DNA of 64,000 nucleotides from Octopus vulgaris (taxonomy: Eukaryota). The stretch spans positions 4,340,001-4,404,000 of the forward strand of contig OX597816.1 of the NCBI GenBank assembly GCA_951406725.2. Direction: 5' to 3'. Every line of letters begins with the position of its first letter. The first letter of the stretch is position 1. The position numbers and the translations under genes are program-made. Below the pieces are notes generated by a model. The model saw only the letters and a list, made by a program, of their open reading frames with translations. It made no database searches and was not told where the DNA came from. Positions 53,647-64,000 of the stretch are shown here, one piece after another.

Positions 53647-54300
53647 CTAGTTCGGCAGGGATTATACCCGGTTAACGCTTTCAACATACTCCTACATACT
53701 GGGCCGTCTGAAGTCGCAGTCAAACTTTTGGGTGTACATCGACCCGTTGAGTGATGTTTGTTTATTTCTGTCCCTTTAATGCCACCCTCTATAGAAAATT
53801 GATGAGCGTGTCCAATCTCAGCAAAATCCGAAGGAAAGTGTTATGGTTATGTCATAAAATAGAATCCATGCGATCATTTACATGAAAATATAGAAGTTAC
53901 GGCCAAAATTAAAATCCCTAGGGGTATTTGCACACAACAGGCCTATTGATTTTATAAAACCACTACTCAGGCGCAATTATTGATTTTTTGTCAACGCCAT
54001 ATACTGACATCTACTCACTGCCATAAGCCTCGCTAACTCATCGATTTTCATCAAAATCGGACGAAAAATGCAAAAGCTGCAGGAAAAATAACATCGTTAG
54101 GGGAATTTCCATTCATAAGCCCGATTGAGCTTACGAAAATCGATGCCATCTGAGCATTATCGAGCTTTCGAAAAATCCCGGCTTTATGTGAACTTCGGGG
54201 CATGTGAGCTATCAATGTGCCAAAAATCATTGAAATCGGTAGGACCGTGTGGAAGGAGATAGAGTAACCCCAAACACAGACAGACAGAAACCAATACACA
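53647..54300 (-). mobile_element. Possible second non-autonomous Helitron-type element
   Basis: Minus strand ends CCGGGTATAATCCCTG...CTAG; ACAGACAG tract near the other end, as in the 14736 family. Confidence 0.4.
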
Positions 54301-55074
54301 TTCATGTGTATATATGTGTGCGTGTGTGTGTGTGTGTATCTATATATGTATATATGTATGTATATATGTATGTGTTTATCTGTGTGTATCCTTACTACTC
54401 TTTAACAAACGGTGTTGGTGTGTTTTCGTCCCCGTAAATTAGCAGCTGCGCAAAAGATACCGAGAGAACGAGCATCAGGCTTCAAAAAAGTTACTGGTGT
54501 CGATTCATTCGACTAAAACTTCTTGGAAGGGGTGCTCCAGCATGGCCGCGTTCTAATGACTGAAACAAATTGAAGATAAAAAAAATAGCAGATATCGATT
54601 TACCTTACTTTGGGGGTCACATTTCGAAACCCACCTCTCTCAAGATTGTGCTTAATATGTCTCGAAAACAATCCATTAGATACCATGAATGAAACGAGGT
54701 AATTAGAATTGATTAAAAAAAAACAAAGCCCCTCGTATTCAATAATTAGCATCGTGGCTTACATAGAAAATAATTCAATTCGTTAAGTGAACAAATCTCA
54801 CTTCTTCCTGTCACTGAACATCCAGCACCCAGCATCTAGTTCACACTTCCATCGTCTTTTGTTTTTCACTCTCTCTCCACACAAACACGGAGGAGAATAA
54901 ATGCACTTTCCATCCCCGTACACTTCTCTCCCTCATCGCTTCCTTTCGCGTTTCTCTTTCCTCATCATCACCATCATCAGCGTCACCGCTGTCATTACTG
55001 TAATTACTCATACATACAAATCTGTTGTATTCCTACTCGCTTTTGTGTATCGGCCTACTTAATTTGCGTGTCTA

Positions 55075-55925
55075 TGTATATACAGACACATACACATGCA
55101 CACACACACACACATATATATATGTATACACACACACGCACATACACACACATATATATGCGTGTATGTATGTATGTATGTATGTATATATATATATAAA
55201 TATGTATATAAGTTTATTTATATATGTATACACATACATACACACATACACACACATATATATATATATATAGCTTACAGAAACATACTTATATCCAATG
55301 CGTATCCATAAATGAAGATATAAATACATACATACATACATACTTACATGAATACATACATACACATATACATGCATACATGCATACATGCATGCATACA
55401 TATACACATACACACACACGTACAAACATACATGCATACATACTCCCATACATACATACATACATGCACACACATACATGCACACACATACATGCATCCA
55501 TACATACATACATACATACACACGTACATACATGCATGTATACATACATACATACATACATGCACATACATACATGCATCCATACATACATACACACGTA
55601 CATACATGCATGTATACATACATACATACATACATACATGCATACATGTATACATACATGCATACATACATATATACATACATACGTACATACATATATT
55701 CATACATGCATGCATACATACATGCATACATATATTCATACATGCATACGTACATACATATATACATACATGCATAAGTGCACAAGTGATTTATATGCCT
55801 GAAAGACACAGATAAATCTCTCTGTGAGGATATACACATACAGACATATACATGCATGTATAAACAGACAGACACACACACACAGACACACAGATACAAT
55901 CACACACATATATGTGTGTGTATAA
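55075..55925. repeat. Degenerate (CA/TA/CATA/CATG)n low-complexity tract
   Basis: Directly visible. Confidence 0.93.
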
Positions 55926-56288
55926 GCATAGGAGTGGTGGTGTGGCAAGAAGTTTGCTTCCCAACTAAATGGTTTCTGGTTCAGTACCACAACGTGGCAA
56001 CTGCTATAGCCTCGGGCCAACAAAAGCTTAATGAGTAGATTTGGTAAATGGAAACTGAAAGAAGCCCTTCGTGTATGTGTATGTGTGAGTGAGGGAGTTT
56101 GGCTGTGTGCGTGTTTTGTCTGTTTCTCCCCACCACCGCTTGAAAACCGGTGTTGGCATGTTTACGTCCCGTAAATTAGCGGGTAGCAAATGAGACGAAC
56201 AGCGACGATTCATTGAGCTAAAAGTTCTTCAAGACACTGCTCCAGCATGGCTGCAGTTTAATGACTGAAACAAATAAATAATAAAAGA
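55926..56288 (+). mobile_element. SINE family B, diverged
   Basis: Head and tail (GCTCCAGCATGG...ATGACTGAAACAA) recognisable. Confidence 0.8.
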
Positions 56289-56539
56289 CAAAATCCTTTA
56301 ATTGAAAGTGTCAGCCTTGTTTTTGTGGCCCTGATTTTTTCTCGTGGTTACCTTATGGATGCACAAACGTCTGCAGTATACTCAACCACTTAATCTCTTA
56401 GTCAATGGTTGGGTTTTTCAGGTGACCAAACAACTGATAAAGTCGTCGTCGAAACCGACGGAGATTCCAATATATGAGTGTGACTTTTAGTACTGTGTGC
56501 ATATGTGTGTGTGTATTTTGCTTGTGAGTGGTCATGCTG

Positions 56540-56591
<52 letters not shown>

Positions 56592-57121
56592 TGTAAATGT
56601 GTGTATCTCTCCTTGTGAATCGATACGTGTGTGCATGTGTGTATGTGTCCGCATGTGAATGTGTGCGCGTCGGGATTCTGTATGTGTAATATATTTGCGT
56701 AAGGTTGTGTTTTTGTTTTGGTTCTTTTGTTTCGTATTTCGACATGATTCATCAATTTCAACTGGAAAAAAAAAGGGTTGAAAAAATTTTTTTTTTTTCT
56801 CTAAGTACTAAACACACTCCCAGACGCACGTACGCAAGCAAGCACACACTCACATGCATCCTGGCATGCACACACACATACGCATACACGCTCGCATTTT
56901 ATTTGCCCCAAACCCTACAGGGATATTTAAGGAGTTCATTTGTTAAAATTCTCGGACAGATCGATATTGAAATGATTCAGACGCACCGAATAAACCGATT
57001 TGCTTCGGACGATGCAAGAATAAATTCGAATTCACACTCACTCACTTTATCTCTCTCTCTCCCTATCTCCCTCTTTCACACCCCACACACACATACACAG
57101 ACACACATGCACGCACACAGA

Positions 57122-57283
57122 GGCGCAGGCTGGGATGTATGGTAAAATGTTTGCTTACCAACCTCATGGTTCCAGGTTCAGTCCCACTCCGTGGCACCTT
57201 GGGCTAGTGTCTTCTACTATAGCCTCGGGCCGACCACAGCCTTGTGAATGGATTTGGTAGACAGAAACTGAAAGAAGCCCGTC
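57122..57283 (+). mobile_element. SINE family B, head half
   Basis: GGCGCAGG...CCTTGGGCTAGTG...AAAGAAGCCCGTC. Confidence 0.85.
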
Positions 57284-57504
57284 AGCTTTCTTACAACGTG
57301 GTTTAATGCTCTTAGCTCAGACTTTTTTGCGGACAACCAGATCGAACCATCTCAAGTGTAACTGTCCGAAATGGTCGTCACTTCTGGTACTTGACTGATG
57401 AAAGAAAGCCAAGAATGATCTGTCTTTTTTGCCCGTCCTTCTAATTGTTGTTTCTTTTGTCCGCCTTTGTGTTGTCTATCTGTCCGAACATTTTAATGCC
57501 CTCG

Positions 57505-58176
<672 letters not shown>

Positions 58177-58522
58177 TTGCATAAAATGACTCTTAGAAAC
58201 AGACAATATTGCCTTTTTACTGAAAAGTATTTTGAGGATAGGAATAAACATATCGTTTCGTCCTTTTATTCAATAACGGCTTCTATGCAAGGTCTGAATC
58301 GCCTACGTGCTAGGATCAAGTGGTCTGTGTTCATACTGGACATTACTCTGATTATTAAGGAGGCTTTTAGGGATTCTCTGGTATGATGAGGGTGCTCATT
58401 AACCTCCTTTCTCAACTATGCTCCATACATAGTAGTCCAATGGATTGAGATCTGGGGAGCTAGGAAGCCAGATGTTGGGGGTTATGTGGTCATGACCCCC
58501 AACATTTGACTTCATGATTGAA

Positions 58523-58753
58523 GGCGGCGAGCTGGCAGAAACGTTAGCACGCCGGGCGAAATGTGTAGCCGTATTTCGTCTGCCGTTACGTTCTGAGTTC
58601 AAATTCCGCCGAGGTCGACTTTGCCTTTCATCCTCTCGGGGTCGATAAATTAAGTACCAGTTACGCACTGGGATCGATATAATCGACTTAATCCCTTTGT
58701 CTGTCCTTGTTTGTCCCCTCTGTGTGTAGCCCCTTGTGGGTAGTAAAGAAATA
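58523..58753 (+). mobile_element. SINE family A with a 15-bp target-site duplication
   Basis: GTTATGTGGTCATGA at 58481-58495 and 58755-58769. Confidence 0.93.
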
Positions 58754-59513
58754 TGTTATGTGGTCATGAAAATTTTCCGATATCCATTCCTGCGTGGTTG
58801 TAGCTTTGTGTGACGGTGCCGAGCCTTGTTGAAACACATAAGGTCTTCCGTTGCGTACGTTATCAATCCATGGCTTAACCACTGTCTTCAGAACATCTAT
58901 GTAGGCAGCAGAGTTTACTCGAAGACCTTGTGGAAAGAAGTGAGGACGCATCACATCTCCTTTATTGCTGACAACCCCGCAAAACCATGTCAATTGCAGG
59001 GAATTTTTATGCATTACTCTTGGAACTTCCGAAGGGTCTGTACATAGCCATCAGCCATTTCTTCTGTTTATTTTTCCGATCTTGATCAAAGATTTTTTCA
59101 TCTAAGAAGACCAAAATCTTTCTCTGCAGGTTTTTCAGTTTGTTCAGGAGTCTTTTAGATCTGATTAAGCGATTTTCCTTCACTGCTTCTGACATGAAAT
59201 TACCTTTTCTCATGGCGTAAGATTTGTAGCTGATGTTTTTCTGGACAACATTTCGGATTGTTCCTTCTGACTCATGGTGATCTTTTGCAATCAACCTCAA
59301 GGACCTTCTGGGATTGTCATCAATGGTCTGATTTACTTGTTGAATAAATTCTGGTGTTCCAATAGAATCAGTGCGTCTACAATGCTTCTTACGTTTTGAT
59401 ACTGCCGATACATTTCCATCTTTAGCCTCTAACTCCTTGCGAATTTTGCAGCCGAAGGATCCAGCGACTTTCAGAAATCGCGCTATTTCTAAATTGCTAT
59501 GTTCAGCCTTTAT

Positions 59514-59736
59514 ATATTTCTTTACTACCCACGAGGGGCTAAACACAGAGGGAACAAACAAGGACAGACAAAAGGATTAAATCGATTACATCGACCCCAG
59601 TGCGTAACTGGTACTTAATTTATCGACTCCGGAAAGGATGAAAGGTAAAGTTGACCTCGGAGGAATTTGAACTCAGAACGTAACGGCAGACGAAATACGG
59701 CAAAGCATTTCACCCGGCGTGCTAACGTTTCTAGCA
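59514..59736 (-). mobile_element. SINE family A
   Basis: Reverse-complement copy interrupting the N-terminal transposase frame. Confidence 0.9.
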
Positions 59737-60024
59737 ATGATGACTGGATGCCTCTTCATTTCTTGTCTAATCATAGGGTCTGTCATTGGTAATTCTGAAA
59801 TATAGAAAATATTAAGTGGATAAATATGCTGCTATAGTGAAATTAACGTATGTCCTCAAATACCTTACGCACCCTGTATATATCGATCGGTCTATCAGTC
59901 GGTCTATCTAGCTGTTGCCTCATTTATCTGTCTGCCTATCCATCTTTATACCTACCTACTTTTATAGACCCTTTCAAAAATTCTTTAAAAATTGAACCTT
60001 TAAAGCTATTACAACATTTATACC

Positions 60025-60431
60025 TCTTTTACTCTTTTACTTGTTTCGGTCATTTGACTGTGGCCATGCTGGAGCACCGCCTTTAGTCGAGCAAATCAAC
60101 TCCAGGACTTATTCTTTGTAAGCCTAGTACTTATTCTATCGGTCTCTTTTGCCGAACCGCTAAGTTACGGGGACACAAACACACCAGCATTGGTTGTCAA
60201 GCGATGTTGGGGGGAGGGGACAAACATAGAGACACAAACATATACACATACATATATATACATACATATATACGACGGGCTTCTTTCGGTTTCCGTCCAC
60301 CAAATCCACTCACACGGCTTTGATCGGCCCGAGGCTATAGCAAAAGACACTTGCCCAAGGTGCCACGCAATGGGACTGAACCCGGAACCATGTGGTTCAT
60401 AAGCAAGCTACTTCCCACACAGCCACTCCTA
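60025..60431 (-). mobile_element. SINE family B, near full length
   Basis: Reverse complement of family B. Confidence 0.92.
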
Positions 60432-60560
60432 CGAACTTTTAAACATTTCATCTCCGAGATCTTTTTGAAAAGTCCCATATCCCCCAACCAATTACAGAAA
60501 ATTAAACCTCCTTCTACTCTGCTACCTTTATCGTATTCTCTACTATTTCATTATATTTTA

Positions 60561-60952
60561 CTAGCAGTATCGCCCGGCGTTGCTCGGGTTTGTAAGGGAA
60601 ATAACTATAAAGCATTTTTAGAGAGTTATAGCCAAAAAATAGCAAAAATGCATTAAAAATGGAAAAAAAATTATGGTAAATTGTTTTTGAAATCGTTGAC
60701 TCATCGTAGACATTTTTAGAGAGTTACTTCCCTTATATTAAAAAAATATGCATTAAAATGGAAAAAAATGATGGTAAATTATTTTTTAAATCGTAGACTC
60801 ATCGTAGACGCGCGCTAATACCCAGAAGGGCTCTATATCAATCACGACTATAAGATACCCGGTTTTCGTTAAACTGCACCGCAAAATGTGGGAGTAGTTA
60901 GGAATCTAAATCGGACTAGACAGACACACAACTTGACTTTTATATATAAATA
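60561..60952 (-). mobile_element. Non-autonomous Helitron, copy 2
   Basis: CTAG terminus with CCCGGCGTTGCTCGGG hairpin; internal duplication of about 100 bp. Confidence 0.82.
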
Positions 60953-61195
60953 TTTCATTCATTTCCTCCACTTTAAAGTATCTTGTTTTATTTTATTCTA
61001 TTCTATTTAATCCTATTTCTTCTCATCTTACAAACGGTGTTTCCCTGTTATCTGACTAACATCTATTCTTTGTTCCCTTGCATAATTATTGTATTTTTCA
61101 CTGTTTCTGTAAGGAATTCCATTTATTAAAATCAATCGTATACAGTCACCTGTACCGACAAAAGCAATCTTCTGGTAGGCAGCACAAACATATGC

Positions 61196-61277
61196 TAGAT
61201 CGGTAGCCATGATAGATCGGTAGCCATGATAGATCGGTAGCCATGATAGATCGGTAGCCATGATAGATCGGTAGCCA
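61196..61277. repeat. 17-bp tandem repeat (TAGATCGGTAGCCATGA), about 4.8 copies
   Basis: Perfect copies directly visible. Confidence 0.95.
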
Positions 61278-61287
61278 CTACACACAT

Positions 61288-61845
61288 TTTTTTCTTTGTT
61301 TCTCTTCTTGTTTCTCTCCTTGTTTTTTTCTCTTCTTTCTTTCTCTTCTTTTTTTCTCTTCTTGTTTTTTCTCTTCTTTTTTCTCTTCTTTTTTTCTCTC
61401 CTTTCTTCTCTTCTTTTATCTCTTCTTTTTTTCACTCCTTGTTTTTTCTCTTCCTTTTTCTCTTCTTTTTTCTCTTCTTTTTTCTCTTCTTTTTTTCTCT
61501 CCTTTCTTCTCTTCTTTTATCTCTTCTTTTTTTCTCTTCTTTTTTCTTCTTGTTTCTCTCCTTGTTTCTTCTCTTCTTTTTTCTCTTCTTGTTTCTCTTC
61601 TTTTTTCTCTTCTTTTTTCTCTTCTTTTTTTCTCTTCTCTTTTCTCTTTTTTTTCCTCTTCTTGTTTCTCTCCTTTTTTCTCTTCTTTTTTTCTCTCTTC
61701 TTTTTTTCTCTTCTTTTTTCTCTTCTTTTTTCTCTTCTTTTTTCTCTTCTTTTTCCTCTCCTTTTTTCTCTTCTTTTTCTTCTTTTTTCTCTTCTTTTTT
61801 TCTCTTCTTTTTTTTCTCTTCTTCTTTCTCTCCTTGTTTTTTTTC
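61288..61845. repeat. Polypyrimidine (TTTTTCTCTTC-like) low-complexity tract
   Basis: Directly visible. Confidence 0.95.
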
Positions 61846-62372
61846 TGTGTCCCTTTCTGTAGAAGAGCGTAGGCTCGAAACGTAAAAGACTTTTTTCTAT
61901 TCCTGAGCGTTATACTAATACATCAGTTTGTTTTGTACACTACCTCTCTACGTCTTTTGTTCTTATTTTTCGTAAACTCTGCCTATATGCTAAATATAGT
62001 TTAGTATGAAACAACCAAAATGTAGATTCTGTTGGCAATCGGCACCACAAGAAATCTGTTACCAATCGCGTTTTATTGATATTAGCTTTAACTTAACAGC
62101 AAAAAAAAAGTCAATCTTTATAAGCGAAACTAAACAGTTTCTTTCTTTCTTTTTTTTTTTGTTTTGAAGTTGTTGAAGTGATTTATGTTTTATGATATAA
62201 ATCATTCGGAATACCTAAGCATATTTAATCTTGGTGGAAAATTGATTTTTCTTTGTATATAATTAACGTATATTGCAATTTATCAAAGTATCGCTGCACT
62301 AAAAGACACGTGTTTCAGTTACACTGTGTGAGGTTCAAATTAATAGCAATAGTAATTAATCTGATTTAGAGT

Positions 62373-62517
62373 AGGTGTGTGGCTTAGTGGTTAGCACGTT
62401 CAGCTCATAACCGTAATGTTGTAAGTTCAATCCGTGAACCAGGCAGTGCACTATTTTCTTGAGCAAAACGTTTCATTTCGCGTTGCTCTCAGTCTATTCA
62501 ACAGAAAATAAATACCT
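62373..62517 (+). mobile_element. Diverged tRNA-headed SINE
   Basis: GTGGCTTAGTGGTTAG A-box, AGTTCAATCC B-box, CTTGAGCAAAAC. Confidence 0.65.
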
Positions 62518-62750
62518 ATTTCTTTACTACCCACAAGGGGCTAAACACAGAGGGGACAAACAAGGACAGACAAACGGATCAAGTCGATTATATCGACCCC
62601 AGTGCGTAACTTGTTCATTTTTATTTTTTCGACCCCGAAAGGATGACAGGCAAAGTCAACCTCGGCGGAATTTGAACTCAGAACGTAACGGCAGACGAAA
62701 TACGGCTACGCATTTGGCCCGGCGTGCTAACGATTCTGCCAGCTCGCCAC
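62518..62750 (-). mobile_element. SINE family A with a 22-bp target-site duplication
   Basis: ATTCAACAGAAAATAAATACCT at 62496-62517 and 62755-62776. Confidence 0.93.
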
Positions 62751-62793
62751 TCTAATTCAACAGAAAATAAATACCTGCCGAATGTTAGTGCAA

Positions 62794-63127
<334 letters not shown>

Positions 63128-63511
63128 TCCAGCTGTCACATCCTGAATGTGTCTTTGGATGAAAGCGTTGAGAAAATGAGAAGGTGACTCTGTCGTCTCA
63201 AGACCACCTGGGTACTTGAAACCATTAATAAAACCATGTCCCATGTTGCCTATTATCCATACTCGTTTTCGGGTAATGGCTGTCTCTTTAACATTCTCTA
63301 ATCACTAATCTTCTGCTCTCCATTCAATTAAGTTTTATACTAAACCGATTTTCACAGCAATAAAGTGTATGTTTGCTTTAATGAAAAGGTTTATCTAAAA
63401 TTGATTATATATAATTAAATTTAATCGTCTTAAGAAACCATTGAAAGCTTGAGCCAAGTTGGTTCAGGTCAATAAACTATATCTCTACTTCGATTACTTT
63501 CATCGTCGTAA

Positions 63512-63873
63512 TCTTTATATATAAAAGTGAGGTTGTGTGCTGTCTGTCTCCTACGATTTAGATTCCTAACTACTCCCACATTTTGCGGTGCAAAATCGAG
63601 CTCTTCTGGGTATTAGCGTGCGTCTACGATGAGTCTACGATTTAAAAAAAAATTTACCATCAATTTTTTCCATTTTAATGCATTTTGCCATATATAAGGG
63701 AAGTAACTCTCTAAAAATTTATTATTAAATCTCAGAACGTAAAAAGCTACAGTAACACACCCCCCTCCTTTGTGGTTAGCCATATTGAGATGGCTATTAT
63801 ACTTTACATCTCTAAAAATGCTTATATAGTTATTTCCCTTAGAAACCCGAGCAACGCCGGGCGATACTGCTAG
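63512..63873 (+). mobile_element. Non-autonomous Helitron, copy 3
   Basis: A|TCTTT...CCCGAGCAACGCCGGG-cgatactg-CTAG|T: 5'-TC, subterminal hairpin, 3'-CTAG, AT target, no duplication. Confidence 0.87.
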
Positions 63874-64000
63874 TCTTATATAAAACACTTCCAAAATAAT
63901 TCTTCCATTTCACATGTTTCGCTGTTTCTCAACACATTTCCTCTCCACACATCCTTTATCCACAACCATCCTTTTATCTCCGTTTGCATCATCCCGAGAA

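Larger units (their letters stand above)
58250..59876 (-). mobile_element. Decayed Tc1/mariner of DD37D (maT)-like type, carrying two nested SINE A copies
   Basis: FLDEKIFDQD, GVVSNKGDVMRPHFFPQGLRVN, YVFQQGSAPSHKA, W.PSSPDLNPLDYYVWSIVE; one terminus TA|CAGGGTGCGTAAGG. Confidence 0.85.

Noticed and set aside
56430-56462. CTGATAA...GAAACC hammerhead-like string; likewise CTGATGA at about 9269 and 57394
   Set aside because: No stem II or stem I pairing, or no GAAA at the right position
61196-61277. CRISPR-like array
   Set aside because: The repeats are contiguous with no spacers, the context is eukaryotic, and no cas genes are present

Overview
AT-rich animal genomic DNA, intronic or intergenic. 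The repeat complement (tRNA-headed CORE-like and Nin/Deu-like SINEs, very dense TA/TG/GATA/TACA microsatellites) points to a cephalopod, most likely Octopus. I find no recognisable host protein-coding gene; nearly all entries in the ORF track are microsatellite or SINE translation artefacts. The window is a dense, nested record of transposon insertions: a young 5'-truncated CR1-clade LINE with an unbroken 825-codon APE+RT frame; R4/Dong-like fragments in (TAA)n; two copies of an L1/Tx1-like LINE next to (TATC)n; RTE remnants; Penelope-like (Naiad-type) RT and GIY-YIG remnants; several Tc1/mariner relics and MITEs; three copies of one non-autonomous Helitron; and roughly 35 SINE copies or fragments. 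The most striking unexplained structure is a set of unrelated fold-back inserts in (TA)n tracts, most carrying hammerhead-ribozyme-like motifs (probably Penelope pseudo-LTR derivatives). One spans 4.2 kb and carries about 3 kb of microsatellite cargo. There is also a well-folded stand-alone type I hammerhead at about 12.4 kb. Coordinates were read by eye and may be off by a few bases; family names come from motif recognition, not database searches.
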